IMG/VR virus record: IMGVR_UViG_3300023179_005186
Location: 62,001 to 126,000 of that record
DNA length: 64,000 nucleotides
Direction: 5' to 3' (one strand)
A program made the translations under genes and the position numbers. The first letter of the stretch is position 1. Each line of letters opens with the position of its first letter. Positions 20,417 to 30,916 of the stretch are shown here, piece by piece. The notes under the pieces were generated by a model that was not told the origin of the DNA, searched no databases, and saw only the letters and a list, made by a program, of their open reading frames with translations.

Positions 20417-21844
20417 ATGGAAAAATCTAGATTTAAGAATAGTCAGAGAAATGACATAGAAAATTTTAATTTAAATAGAGAGATAGATATTGGTTATGGA
20501 AATACAAATGATAAAATAAATAAAGAATATTTAAATGATCGTGATATATTTAATAAATTTTCAAATGGAAATGATATAATAGATTATTCTGATATAAAAC
20601 ATAATGAATTTACCTATGGAATGCCAATTTTCAATGGTCAAATTCAAAATAATAAAAAGAGTTTAATATCAAGTCCTTATATAATTGAAAATAATAATAA
20701 GGATTCATTTATTTCAAGCATTATGGCATTAGATTCAAATGATATATATGAAGAGATAAAAACAAAAAATGACAGTCCTTATGAAAATAATTTTGAACAA
20801 AATAAGAATTATAATAAATACAATGATGATATATTAAATAGTATGGCATATAATTCTTATACTATAAATGGTTCGATAGGTAAAGAAGAAATAAACTTAG
20901 ATTATACATGTAAAGTAGAAAAAGATATTGCTGATTTTGAATTTGAATTAAATTTAAATAAATCAAAAGATTTTATTGTAGATATAAATAGTCCGTTTGC
21001 ACTAGGATATTTATGGAAATCATTAGTTTTATTAACAAAAAATCCAACAACAGAAAAAATATTAACATTATTAGGAATTAAAAAAAAAGATAATTTAATA
21101 TCTGACATGAAGTATAATTCTGAGGTATTCGGAGATTCAGGCGAATTAGAATTAATAATTCCAACTGGTAATAATATAATAAACAATAATTTTATATCAA
21201 AAATAGAGAATATTTACAAGATTAAAATTAATCCTATATCAGAATCATACGAAACAAAAGCAATATTAAATATGAAATATATTTTTAATTTAGACATACC
21301 ACTTTATTATCAACCAAAAATAATTAATAAATATTTATTAGGATATAAAGATAGTAAAATAAAATTTTTAGAATTAATAAATGTTCCAATTAGTTTACAA
21401 GTGGATCATGAAAAAAATTATGCTATAATAGAAATACCATGTGCTTCAAATATGATATTAGGATTTGTATATGATGTTTCAAGACAACATGTTAAAACAT
21501 TACCTTATAAAAAAATGTTAGAAAACAAAATACCGGATGTGGTAGTAAACAAGTTGATAATACCAAAAATTAATAGAAATAAAAAGTCAGCTTATGGAAA
21601 AAAATTCAATAAAGAATTAGAAAATATTCATTTTGGAGAATTAGCTTATGGAACAATGTATAAATTAGATATAAATGTTATAATGGGTTTAGAGTTAAAT
21701 ATTAGCAATACTATATCAAAAGATAAATATGAAATAAAAAGAAATATTGAAATTATAGAAATAAATCACAGGTGTTATTATTATATTAAAAATAAAAATA
21801 TAGAAAACAAAATATTATCAAATGGGATGATAAATTATATTTAA
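20417..21844 (+). CDS. Hypothetical protein with divergent serpin-like C-terminal domain
   Basis: INSPFALGYLW..TTEKILTLLG, IEIPC, LIIPKI and INHRCYYYI..KILSNG resemble serpin motifs in the expected order. Confidence 0.55.
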   Translation: MEKSRFKNSQRNDIENFNLNREIDIGYGNTNDKINKEYLNDRDIFNKFSNGNDIIDYSDIKHNEFTYGMPIFNGQIQNNKKSLISSPYIIENNNKDSFISSIMALDSNDIYEEIKTKNDSPYENNFEQNKNYNKYNDDILNSMAYNSYTINGSIGKEEINLDYTCKVEKDIADFEFELNLNKSKDFIVDINSPFALGYLWKSLVLLTKNPTTEKILTLLGIKKKDNLISDMKYNSEVFGDSGELELIIPTGNNIINNNFISKIENIYKIKINPISESYETKAILNMKYIFNLDIPLYYQPKIINKYLLGYKDSKIKFLELINVPISLQVDHEKNYAIIEIPCASNMILGFVYDVSRQHVKTLPYKKMLENKIPDVVVNKLIIPKINRNKKSAYGKKFNKELENIHFGELAYGTMYKLDINVIMGLELNISNTISKDKYEIKRNIEIIEINHRCYYYIKNKNIENKILSNGMINYI

Positions 21845-21865
21845 TATAAGATATATCAAAGTTTA

Positions 21866-21899
21866 ATATAATTAAATATTTTATAGTATTTAATTATAT
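21866..21899. terminator. Stem-loop downstream of serpin-like gene
   Basis: ATATAATTAAATA-8 nt-TATTTAATTATAT, 13-bp stem. Confidence 0.55.
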
Positions 21900-22877
21900 A
21901 TGGATAATTTTTCAGATACAGATATTAATTTATTTTTAGAGGCATATAAAAAACACACAACAGAAAGTCCATTATTAAATCAGAAAATTCCAATGTGGGT
22001 TGAATATTTAAAAACCAAAAAATATTATAGAGATAATGGTATGGAAGAAGATTATTTTTTTAATAAAAGGTTTGCAATAACACAAGATGATTTATTAAAA
22101 ATACAAGCTCTAATAGATAGAGTAAAAACAGGTAAATCTATAGATAGAAAGATAAAAACTAAGATTCAAGGAAATCAAGGTATTGGTTCATTAACAGGAT
22201 TATCAGCATATTCAGATTTTAATGAGGTAGAAGATTATTCAAAAAATGGAAGTCAATTTGAATTATTAAATGAAGTTCAAGACGCAATGGATGCTTATCA
22301 TAATAAGATGAAGAAAACAGCAGCCAGAAGGAATTGGAAACAACAAAAAGCAACAGCAAGAAGTTGGTCACCAGAGGGAACAGTTGCTGATGTTCAAGAT
22401 AGATATTATACTGAAGATTTATTTTCAGAACGTCCTCAAATTTCATATGATGTACAAGATTTTGCAAAAACTGGTTTATTAAATATGAGTAAAACTAATC
22501 AAATTCAGAAATTAGAAAAAATAAATAATATATTAAATTACAATGATTTAATAACAAATGATTTTGATGCTGATTACAAAAGATCAGTACCCAATATAGC
22601 ATGTAAAAAGAAAGTACAATTTTCAAATGAGATAGATCCAGTTTTAGGTGTAGATGAACAAGCAAGAAACTGGGATATTGGAGCAGCTAGATTTTGGCAA
22701 GATCAAGATATTTTAAATAATGGTCCAAGTTCAACTGATAATAATAGGTCTATTCCTAATAAAAATCCATTTGAACATCAATTTCAATATTTGGATACTA
22801 ATTATAATCGAGTTCCAGATCCAAGATTGATGGGTCAATCAGCAAGAAATGATAATCGTTCTATGTTTAGAAGATAA
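21900..22877 (+). CDS. Hypothetical protein
   Basis: 325 aa ORF. Confidence 0.75.
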   Translation: MDNFSDTDINLFLEAYKKHTTESPLLNQKIPMWVEYLKTKKYYRDNGMEEDYFFNKRFAITQDDLLKIQALIDRVKTGKSIDRKIKTKIQGNQGIGSLTGLSAYSDFNEVEDYSKNGSQFELLNEVQDAMDAYHNKMKKTAARRNWKQQKATARSWSPEGTVADVQDRYYTEDLFSERPQISYDVQDFAKTGLLNMSKTNQIQKLEKINNILNYNDLITNDFDADYKRSVPNIACKKKVQFSNEIDPVLGVDEQARNWDIGAARFWQDQDILNNGPSSTDNNRSIPNKNPFEHQFQYLDTNYNRVPDPRLMGQSARNDNRSMFRR

Positions 22878-22881
22878 TTTA

Positions 22882-23577
22882 TTAATTAATTTTGCAAAAA
22901 TTTTTACAATCATTCAAGTTTGGAATTCCAGAGTTTGGTTCAGAATTAGGATTAAATAAACAAATTTCTTTAATATTCGTTTTGGTTTTATTCCAATTAG
23001 ACATATTTTTATAATCAGAACTTGAATCTACTGAACATACCATACATTCTGGATATTTTTTCATAAAATTAGGATCTAAATTTAAATTAGATTCTTTATA
23101 ACAAATTTTATTTTTATCAATATTAAAGTCAGATGATAAATTAACAATTTCTCCAGGTTTATATATATTTTTAAAATTAGAAGCTATTTGAGCTAATTTA
23201 TTAAATTCATTTTGATCATTAATAACAATATATTTTGATAAATCAATTTCAGGATATAAATCATTTAGTTGTAAATTTAAAGAATTATTTGTTATAGAAT
23301 CAGGATTAATTTTAATAAAATTATTTGAAATATAAGCAGCTTGATCATATTCTTTAATTCTATTTAATATTTTTTCTTTAGTTATTTCATATTCATTTTT
23401 AGTCTGTTCAAGTTCTTGAATAATTTCATTATTAATATTTAATACATCAAAAGCTTCGTTATAATTTTTATTAACATAAATAAATTTATAGATTAAATAT
23501 ATTATAGTAATAAAGACAACTGTATATAAGATTTTATATGATTTTTTATTTATAGTATTTTTAGAATTAATATCCAT
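22882..23577 (-). CDS. Hypothetical membrane-anchored protein with Cys-rich C-terminus
   Basis: TM helix near the N-terminus; six Cys in the last ~75 aa. Confidence 0.7.
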   Translation of the reverse strand: MDINSKNTINKKSYKILYTVVFITIIYLIYKFIYVNKNYNEAFDVLNINNEIIQELEQTKNEYEITKEKILNRIKEYDQAAYISNNFIKINPDSITNNSLNLQLNDLYPEIDLSKYIVINDQNEFNKLAQIASNFKNIYKPGEIVNLSSDFNIDKNKICYKESNLNLDPNFMKKYPECMVCSVDSSSDYKNMSNWNKTKTNIKEICLFNPNSEPNSGIPNLNDCKNFCKIN

Positions 23578-23651
23578 TATATAAATAAAAAATATATAAA
23601 AATATTAAACAATAATTATTTTTTTGTGTATATAAATATATATAAGTAAAT

Positions 23652-24698
23652 ATGAGTTATTCAACCCAAGGAGCATCAAATAGACAGATTTATGATTGTT
23701 GCGATTATGCACAAACATTAAAACAATCTGTAGATCCCCTACAATACAATTTATATTTTGGATCAGGTGAAAATTGTTCCAAATGTATCGATAAAAAAGC
23801 ATGGTTTAGACAAGATAGACAAATAGTTGATATTGAATCAGAATTAAGAAATCAAACTAGACCTTTATCAAGATGTGATTTTTTAAAATATAATCCTAAT
23901 TGTAAGACTTCAGATAGTTGTATCAGTACTTTTGATCCAAATATTCCAAGAATTCTTTCACCAAGTTTATGTCCAATTGTTTATAATAATATTCCAGTTC
24001 AAACAAGTCCTGGTTATACTGTACCAAGTCCTAATATCTGTGGAAACAAAGATGATTGGAGACGTGCTGATGATATTAATACATATAAAGCCTATCAAGA
24101 AAGTAATAAAACTATATTAGCTAATTCAGATAGACCAGAAGATGTATTTATGTTTTTGAATACTTGTAATTCACAACCTTTATACAATGGTTCAATGGAA
24201 AGAGTTAGACCTTATTTAGCAGGTGATATGATTTCAAGACCATACAAAGCTGATAATCAAGTTTATATGCCTGGTGAAGCAAGTAAAGGTCCAGTATCAT
24301 ATGGAGGAGTAGCAGGAGCTCCAGGAATTCCAAATCCATCACCAATGGATGTAAATATGGGTAGAAATGTTCCAGTTACTGCAGAAATGAACATGGGTAT
24401 TGGTCCAATGGATAATGCCTTAAGTAAAATGGCTCAAAATGGTAATATATCAAAAACATTAAATAATATGATTGATAATAGCATGCTTACAAGAAATGCA
24501 AATATTTCAGATCCTAACGTTGGTGCCCCAGTAATGGTTGGAAATAATGTAAGAAGAATGGAAAGTGAAATGAATATGAGAAATCAAGGAGTAAGAGGTA
24601 TGATATTTGGATCGGAAGCAAAAAATATGATGAGTGTTTCATCAGAATCAGAGAGTGAATCAATGTATGATTCTGAGGAAGAATATCAAACATTATAA
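23652..24698 (+). CDS. Conserved NCLDV protein (R.xYD...QS..PL...CxxC...VDIES family), possibly virion structural
   Basis: ASNRQIYDCC..LKQSVDPL..CSKC..VDIESELRNQTRPLSRC. Confidence 0.7.
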   Translation: MSYSTQGASNRQIYDCCDYAQTLKQSVDPLQYNLYFGSGENCSKCIDKKAWFRQDRQIVDIESELRNQTRPLSRCDFLKYNPNCKTSDSCISTFDPNIPRILSPSLCPIVYNNIPVQTSPGYTVPSPNICGNKDDWRRADDINTYKAYQESNKTILANSDRPEDVFMFLNTCNSQPLYNGSMERVRPYLAGDMISRPYKADNQVYMPGEASKGPVSYGGVAGAPGIPNPSPMDVNMGRNVPVTAEMNMGIGPMDNALSKMAQNGNISKTLNNMIDNSMLTRNANISDPNVGAPVMVGNNVRRMESEMNMRNQGVRGMIFGSEAKNMMSVSSESESESMYDSEEEYQTL

Positions 24699-24775
24699 AT
24701 TATTTGAAAAAATATAATTTTATATGAAAAAATAAATATAATATAATTATTTATTTTTCTTGTCATAATTATATA

Positions 24776-25615
24776 ATGAATAATCTTAATCAAGAATATC
24801 TAACATATAGAAGTGATTGTCAAAATTGCGATAAAAAACCATGCGATGATCTATATCAAAATAGATGTATCCCTAACTTAACAAATAAAGTATGCACAAA
24901 TTCTGGATTTAACTATGGTGTATCATCAAGATTAACTTATGATAATGATTATATTAATGATAATATTGAACAAAGTACAGCTCCATTATTATCAGTAATT
25001 GATCCTAATCGTGTAAAGAATTGTAATCAATGTTTAAGTTATTTTGGTCCTAGACAAGGTCATAATGGTTGGGGTGATTCGATTGCATTAAGTGAACCTG
25101 GATTAACTCCAGCTCAATCATTAGTTGATATTGATTCTATTATGACCAATAGAAACGTTAAACAAGATAGATCTAAGAAAGGTATGGTAAATATGGTTGA
25201 TGTATTTAAATTTAAAACCTATGATTCAAAAATTTGTGATAGAGCATTAGATCCTTTATCATCAATAACAACATTTCCTAAACAGTTATATAGAGAAATG
25301 TCTATTAATAGATTTTATGATTTAAATCTAAATCCTCAAGTTAATATTTATTATGATTGGGCTGTCAATTCTCAACTTGAAGCTAAAGATAATTATGATT
25401 ATCCATATCCTTTTATTTTAAATACTGATAACACATTACCAAGTCAAATTCCAGGAAGATCATTACCAACATCAGTTAATACACCAGCAAATTGTAATAC
25501 TAAAGTTTATAATAGAAGAAATGATCCAAGTTGTGAAAGTCAAGTTATGAGTGAAAACTTTAGTGAAAATTCAAGTGTAAGTTCAGAATCAGATTCAGAT
25601 AATGAATATATGTAA
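24776..25615 (+). CDS. Paralog of 23652-24698
   Basis: VSSRLTYD..IEQSTAPL..CNQC..LVDIDSIMTNRN. Confidence 0.7.
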   Translation: MNNLNQEYLTYRSDCQNCDKKPCDDLYQNRCIPNLTNKVCTNSGFNYGVSSRLTYDNDYINDNIEQSTAPLLSVIDPNRVKNCNQCLSYFGPRQGHNGWGDSIALSEPGLTPAQSLVDIDSIMTNRNVKQDRSKKGMVNMVDVFKFKTYDSKICDRALDPLSSITTFPKQLYREMSINRFYDLNLNPQVNIYYDWAVNSQLEAKDNYDYPYPFILNTDNTLPSQIPGRSLPTSVNTPANCNTKVYNRRNDPSCESQVMSENFSENSSVSSESDSDNEYM

Positions 25616-25696
25616 ATATATCTTAAACAAATTTTTAAGTTATAAAATTTTTATTTATAATGTATGTTAAATATAATAATATATTTAATTTTTTAA

Positions 25697-28558
25697 ATGG
25701 ATATAGCAATAGGAAGTGGTTTAGGTATATTCGGTAACTTAATAAATAATAATTCAAATTATAAAGAAAAAACTATTAATCCTCAATTTAATTATGAACA
25801 ATCTTATCCAATAAATTATTTAAATAATTATGAAAGTGATATTTGGAACACGAGAGATAAAATATTATATAATACAATAAGTGATTTATATAAAAAATCA
25901 GAAGATGATAGTAAAATAGTAAGTAATATTTGGAGAATACAGAATGATAGTATAAGTCAAATTAAAAATAAAGAAATTAATAATTTATTAAATAATGATA
26001 TAAATATGATAAAAAATATAGGAAGTAATAATATAGAAAGTATGAAAAATATAAATGATATTAATTCTGATTCAGATAGTATATTTTCAGATAATTTTTC
26101 TTTGCCAGAGTATATACCTGAAAATAAAAATTTAAGAAAAGTTAATATAAATGATAATATATCAGAATATTCTGATAGTGTAGATTCAAGACCAAATATT
26201 AATACAAGAGTTTTAAATACTCAAGATAAATTTTTAGAAGATATTGTCTCAAATTTATCAGGAAAATCAAATGGATTATCAGAATCAAAATCATATGCTT
26301 CAGATAATTGTACTACATTTGAAAATCAATTTAAACCATTAGAATTTAATCATAGCGGTATTCCGGGTACTTTACCGAGTACTAAACAAATATTAAATAT
26401 TTTTAATGATAAATTACGTTTTAATCCACAATCAAATTTTAATCCAGAATCAGATGGTAGATATGGAGTAACGTCTGATATGACTCATGATAACATGCAA
26501 CCATATTTTAAATCAAAAACTTATGGTTTTAATCCTGAATTTGATAAAGAACAAACAAATTATGCTGTTAGAAAAGTAGAATTATTTACAGGATCTGATC
26601 AAAACCCACAATTTAAACACAAAACAGATGTACCTTATTTATTTCCTCCAGAAATTGGTAAAATTGAATCTGTTACAGGAGTGCCTAATTTTTCTGATTT
26701 TTTTGAATCTAGAGTAATACCATCCGATAAAAGACAAGGAGAAAGACCATTTCAACCAGTTAGAGTAACACCAGGTTTAAATTTAGGTTATAATGAAATA
26801 GGTAATACTGGATATCAAGATTTATATAGAGCTTTACCAAAAAATGTAGATCAATTAAGAACAGTTGATAATCCAAAAGTTTCATATCAACCACCAGTAA
26901 TTGTAGGTCAAAAGGGTGATCGAAGAGGTGCAATTGGTAATTTTATTCAAAAGGGTCCAGATAGATTTTATGAACAATTACCAAATTCATTTATGCCACA
27001 AATAGGTGATTTTATAGCTCCTGCTATTTATGGTAAACATTTAAAAACAGTAACTAATCGAACATTAAATCCAGATAATCCTCATTTAAATCCAGTTAAA
27101 TCAGATGTTGATTTTGCAACACCAGAATATCTTTGGGGTCAATATAGAAAAACATTTAAAAAAACATTTGATTATGATGGTCCAAGAAACGTTCAAGAAA
27201 ATACTCGTGGTCAAATTATTAATCAAGAAACATACGTTCCAACAAGTACCCAAAGAGAATCTATGCCTGAATTAGATTTATCAAACATTAAAGGCAATTA
27301 TATTTCAGTACCATTAAATAACTATATGAATTTTGTTCCTGAAACAACTCTGCGTGAAATAATGTTAGAAGATAATGGACGAAAAAATTTAACAAACGTT
27401 TCAAATTCAATTAAAAGTTATTTATTTAATGCTGTAAATTCGGTTCCTGATGAAACTTTAAGATCAATTTTAACTGAAAAAATTATTTTAACAAATGTTA
27501 AAGAAAATTCTGAACGTGGATATTTATTTAATAATAATAATGCTATTCAAGATACAAATATGAGAAATTTATCAGAAGATAATTTAATTTTAGGTGTTTT
27601 ATCTAATAAAGAACAAGGATATTTATTTAATAATATAAATGCTATTCCTGATACTAATCTAAGAAATCTAGTAAATACTATGTATGAAAGAGGTGGTTTT
27701 GGATTTCAAGGTAATCACCAAGAACAATATATGTATAATTATAATAATGCAACTCCTCAAAGTAATTTAAGAAATTTCACTGAAGATCAACAAAATATTG
27801 TTGGAACAAAAGGTAATCATTTAGAAAATTATATATTTAACTATGCAAATGGTATAAGTGATGCAAATTTAAGAAATATAATTGAAGATCAAAAATATAT
27901 TATAGGTGCTAAGGGAAATCATCAAGAACAATATGCATTTAACTATGATAATGCAATTCCTAATACTAATTTAAAAGATTTAACTGCTGATCAAAAAAAT
28001 ATTATTGGATCTAAAGGTAACAGTATAAAGCAATATAATTTTAATTATGAAAATGGTACTCCAAATACAAGTTTAAGAGAATTAACTGCTGATCAAAAAA
28101 ATATTATAGGCACAATTGGAAATAAATTTGAACAATATAATTTTAACTATGATAATGCTACACCTGATGCAACAATGAGAGTTTTTTCAGGTCCACAAAA
28201 GAATCTAATAGGTTCTAAAGGTAACGGTACTGGCACAGTTAATTTTAATTATAAAAATGGTACTCCTGATGCAACAATGAGAGTATTTTCAGGTCCACAA
28301 AAGAATATTATAGGTACACAAGGTGATGGAACACAATCAAGATCAAGATTAGATGCAGATAATGCTTATTTAAATGTATCAAAAGAAATAGTTGCTGAAG
28401 GTAGAGATCCAGTTCCAGTAAAAGAAAATCGTGGTCCAACAACACAATTTACAGAATATGTTTTTTGTGATGATTCATATTATCCAAAACAAATTTTTAG
28501 TAGTGTAAGACCTTTATCAGCAGTACAAAATGAATTATATACTTTTTCTCAAGAATAA
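25697..28558 (+). CDS. Conserved NCLDV protein with C-terminal 34-aa repeats
   Basis: VELFTG, GERPFQPVRVTPGLNLGY and LPKNVDQLR..NPK core; about nine Y.FNY.N..P...LR....QK..IG.KGN repeats. Confidence 0.8.
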   Translation: MDIAIGSGLGIFGNLINNNSNYKEKTINPQFNYEQSYPINYLNNYESDIWNTRDKILYNTISDLYKKSEDDSKIVSNIWRIQNDSISQIKNKEINNLLNNDINMIKNIGSNNIESMKNINDINSDSDSIFSDNFSLPEYIPENKNLRKVNINDNISEYSDSVDSRPNINTRVLNTQDKFLEDIVSNLSGKSNGLSESKSYASDNCTTFENQFKPLEFNHSGIPGTLPSTKQILNIFNDKLRFNPQSNFNPESDGRYGVTSDMTHDNMQPYFKSKTYGFNPEFDKEQTNYAVRKVELFTGSDQNPQFKHKTDVPYLFPPEIGKIESVTGVPNFSDFFESRVIPSDKRQGERPFQPVRVTPGLNLGYNEIGNTGYQDLYRALPKNVDQLRTVDNPKVSYQPPVIVGQKGDRRGAIGNFIQKGPDRFYEQLPNSFMPQIGDFIAPAIYGKHLKTVTNRTLNPDNPHLNPVKSDVDFATPEYLWGQYRKTFKKTFDYDGPRNVQENTRGQIINQETYVPTSTQRESMPELDLSNIKGNYISVPLNNYMNFVPETTLREIMLEDNGRKNLTNVSNSIKSYLFNAVNSVPDETLRSILTEKIILTNVKENSERGYLFNNNNAIQDTNMRNLSEDNLILGVLSNKEQGYLFNNINAIPDTNLRNLVNTMYERGGFGFQGNHQEQYMYNYNNATPQSNLRNFTEDQQNIVGTKGNHLENYIFNYANGISDANLRNIIEDQKYIIGAKGNHQEQYAFNYDNAIPNTNLKDLTADQKNIIGSKGNSIKQYNFNYENGTPNTSLRELTADQKNIIGTIGNKFEQYNFNYDNATPDATMRVFSGPQKNLIGSKGNGTGTVNFNYKNGTPDATMRVFSGPQKNIIGTQGDGTQSRSRLDADNAYLNVSKEIVAEGRDPVPVKENRGPTTQFTEYVFCDDSYYPKQIFSSVRPLSAVQNELYTFSQE

Positions 28559-28576
28559 GTATTATAAAAATATAAA

Positions 28577-29458
28577 TTATTCCATTTTTTTAATTAATTC
28601 AACAATAAGTTGTGGAGTAATATTTTTAGTAAGTAATTTAGAATAATTATTTAAAATAAATTTATTAATAAAATTATATGTGTCTAAAACTTGTTGACAT
28701 GAATTTGAACCAGCAATAGTAATTGATCCACTTTCAAAAACAAAAATACTAATTGTTTTATTTATAGTATTTCGTATTTGATATTTAATATTAACACATG
28801 CATGAATTATTGGATCAAATGTTACATCAAAGCCAATTTCTTTTAATAATTGATGTAATCTTTCACGATTAATTTGAAATTGAATATTAAAATTAGTATT
28901 TATCATTACTATTTTAAAATTATCAACTCTTTTTATATCAAGTTTTATAGGATCATCTATAAAATTTTTTGTAATAAATTTCATATCTTTATCTAAAACA
29001 GCTTTACAAATTTTTAACTTTTCAAATAAAATTTCTAAACTTTTTTTAATATTATCTAAATGTTTACATCCTGTCATCTGAATAGATCCATTTATAAATA
29101 ATTTGACATTAACTGTTTTAAATCTTTCTTTTAAACTTAATTTTTCTGGATCTAATCCCATTAATGTTGCAGATCTAAATATTAATGATACTTGATTATA
29201 AAAGTTTTTTTTCTCACGTCTTTTCTTTTTTTTACATGATTTTAATTTTTTTATATTAATTAAATTATTAACAATTCTATTTCCATATCTCTTACCTATT
29301 ATTACATCATCAAAATCATTAAAATATAATCCAATATTTTCTACATTAAATATTATATCTAAATGACATGTTATTGTTGTAGTAGATATTTCTAAATCAT
29401 AAGGTAAATTTAATAATTCTAATTTAGCTTTATAAAGACCAGTTAATAAATCTGTCAT
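28577..29458 (-). CDS. TBP: TATA-box binding protein-like
   Basis: Two TBP half-repeats: ISTTTITC..FYNQ..VKLFINGSIQMTGCK and IVMINTNF..IFVFESGSITIAG. Confidence 0.9.
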   Translation of the reverse strand: MTDLLTGLYKAKLELLNLPYDLEISTTTITCHLDIIFNVENIGLYFNDFDDVIIGKRYGNRIVNNLINIKKLKSCKKKKRREKKNFYNQVSLIFRSATLMGLDPEKLSLKERFKTVNVKLFINGSIQMTGCKHLDNIKKSLEILFEKLKICKAVLDKDMKFITKNFIDDPIKLDIKRVDNFKIVMINTNFNIQFQINRERLHQLLKEIGFDVTFDPIIHACVNIKYQIRNTINKTISIFVFESGSITIAGSNSCQQVLDTYNFINKFILNNYSKLLTKNITPQLIVELIKKME

Positions 29459-29491
29459 TGAATATATTAATAATTATTTATTATTAAATTA

Positions 29492-29499
29492 TCAATTTT
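29492..29499 (-). promoter_or_regulatory. Early promoter AAAATTGA upstream of TBP
   Basis: Exact octamer about 34 nt upstream of ATG 29458. Confidence 0.7.
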
Positions 29500-29540
29500 T
29501 TATATAAAAATATATTAAAATATTAATATATAATACTTTA

Positions 29541-29966
29541 ATGGATGAAAATATTATAATATTAGCTAATATGAAAAATTCAGATAATTCAAAAAATAAT
29601 TCGTCATCTTCTTCATCTTCTTCATCTTCTTCATCTTCTTCAAATAGTTCATCTACTTCTTCAAATAGTTCATCTACTTCATCTACTTGTTCTAATAGCT
29701 CATCTTCAGATACTTCATCAAATTCTTCGGATAGTTCATCTACTTCAACTACTTGCTCAGTTAGCTCTTCTGATAGCTCTTCTGATACATCAGATGAGTT
29801 AACAGAATTTATTGAAACTGGATCGTATAGTATATTTTCAACTAATAAAAATGTTACATTAAATTCAAGTAAATGTAAGACGATGGATGAACAAATGGAA
29901 AATATTTTAAGTAAATATTCGAATATAAAAATAAAGTTAAATAAATTATGGAACAAAGTACATTAA
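29541..29966 (+). CDS. Ser-rich low-complexity hypothetical protein
   Basis: 141 aa; the antisense acidic ORF 29492-29956 is the alternative reading. Confidence 0.5.
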   Translation: MDENIIILANMKNSDNSKNNSSSSSSSSSSSSSSNSSSTSSNSSSTSSTCSNSSSSDTSSNSSDSSSTSTTCSVSSSDSSSDTSDELTEFIETGSYSIFSTNKNVTLNSSKCKTMDEQMENILSKYSNIKIKLNKLWNKVH

Positions 29967-30015
29967 AATTAGTGTGTTATAAACTGTGTTAAAATATAAT
30001 AATTAAGTATATATA

Positions 30016-30882
30016 ATGTCAAATAATAAAAATTATTATTTAACAATAGATGTTGGAACTGTAAATTTAGCATATTGTTTAGCAGAAAATGATAGATCAC
30101 AAACTGATATAATTAAATCAGTAAATATTATTGATTGGGGTATTTTAGATGTATCATATAAACCATTATATTGCAAACAAATAAAAAATAAAAGAGCAAT
30201 ATGTAATTGTATAAGTAAATTTTATCAGTTGAAGGAGGGTACTACAGATCATTTAAATCCAGAAAATTTAATAGGATTTTGTAATACACATGCAAAACCA
30301 ATAAAATTATTTAATGCTAAGAATAAAAAAAATAAGATTAAATTATACAAGATATCCGAAAATCCAATTTATAAAAATAATTTTAATATCCAGATGGAAA
30401 GATTATTAGAATCATTGGAAAAATTTTATAATAATATAATTTTAACTCCTTATGATATTGATGAATTTGGTAATTCAAAATATGTATCAAAGCTAAATAT
30501 TTATATAGAAAATCAACCAGTTTTTAAAAATCCGGTTATGAAAACTATATCAATAGGTATTTTTACTTTTTTTTGTTTAAAAAAAATAATTAATTCAAAA
30601 ATAATATCAGGAGTTAATTTTATTAATGCAACAGTTAAAACAAAATATGATTTTGTTTCAAAATTATTTAATTTGATAGAAGTAAAATCTTATATAAATA
30701 AGTTTAAAGAATATGATAAACGAAAGGAATTTACTATAGATATAACAAATCAAATAATTCCAAAACTTCCTAATTCTATAAATAATATATTATCAACAAA
30801 TAAATATATATTAAATAAAAAAAAAGACGATATGGCTGATACATTAGTTTATCAACTTTACATAATAATTTATTTAGCTTAA
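30016..30882 (+). CDS. Holliday junction resolvase (RuvC/poxvirus A22-like)
   Basis: TIDVGTVNLAYC, IYIENQP and KKDDMAD catalytic motifs. Confidence 0.9.
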   Translation: MSNNKNYYLTIDVGTVNLAYCLAENDRSQTDIIKSVNIIDWGILDVSYKPLYCKQIKNKRAICNCISKFYQLKEGTTDHLNPENLIGFCNTHAKPIKLFNAKNKKNKIKLYKISENPIYKNNFNIQMERLLESLEKFYNNIILTPYDIDEFGNSKYVSKLNIYIENQPVFKNPVMKTISIGIFTFFCLKKIINSKIISGVNFINATVKTKYDFVSKLFNLIEVKSYINKFKEYDKRKEFTIDITNQIIPKLPNSINNILSTNKYILNKKKDDMADTLVYQLYIIIYLA

Positions 30883-30916
30883 CTAATTTGGTATAATATA
30901 TAAATATAATTAATTT

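Noticed and set aside
29492-29956. Acidic antisense ORF
   Set aside because: Mirror of the Ser-rich plus-strand ORF, and it ends on the TBP promoter octamer. It is not fully excluded without expression data.
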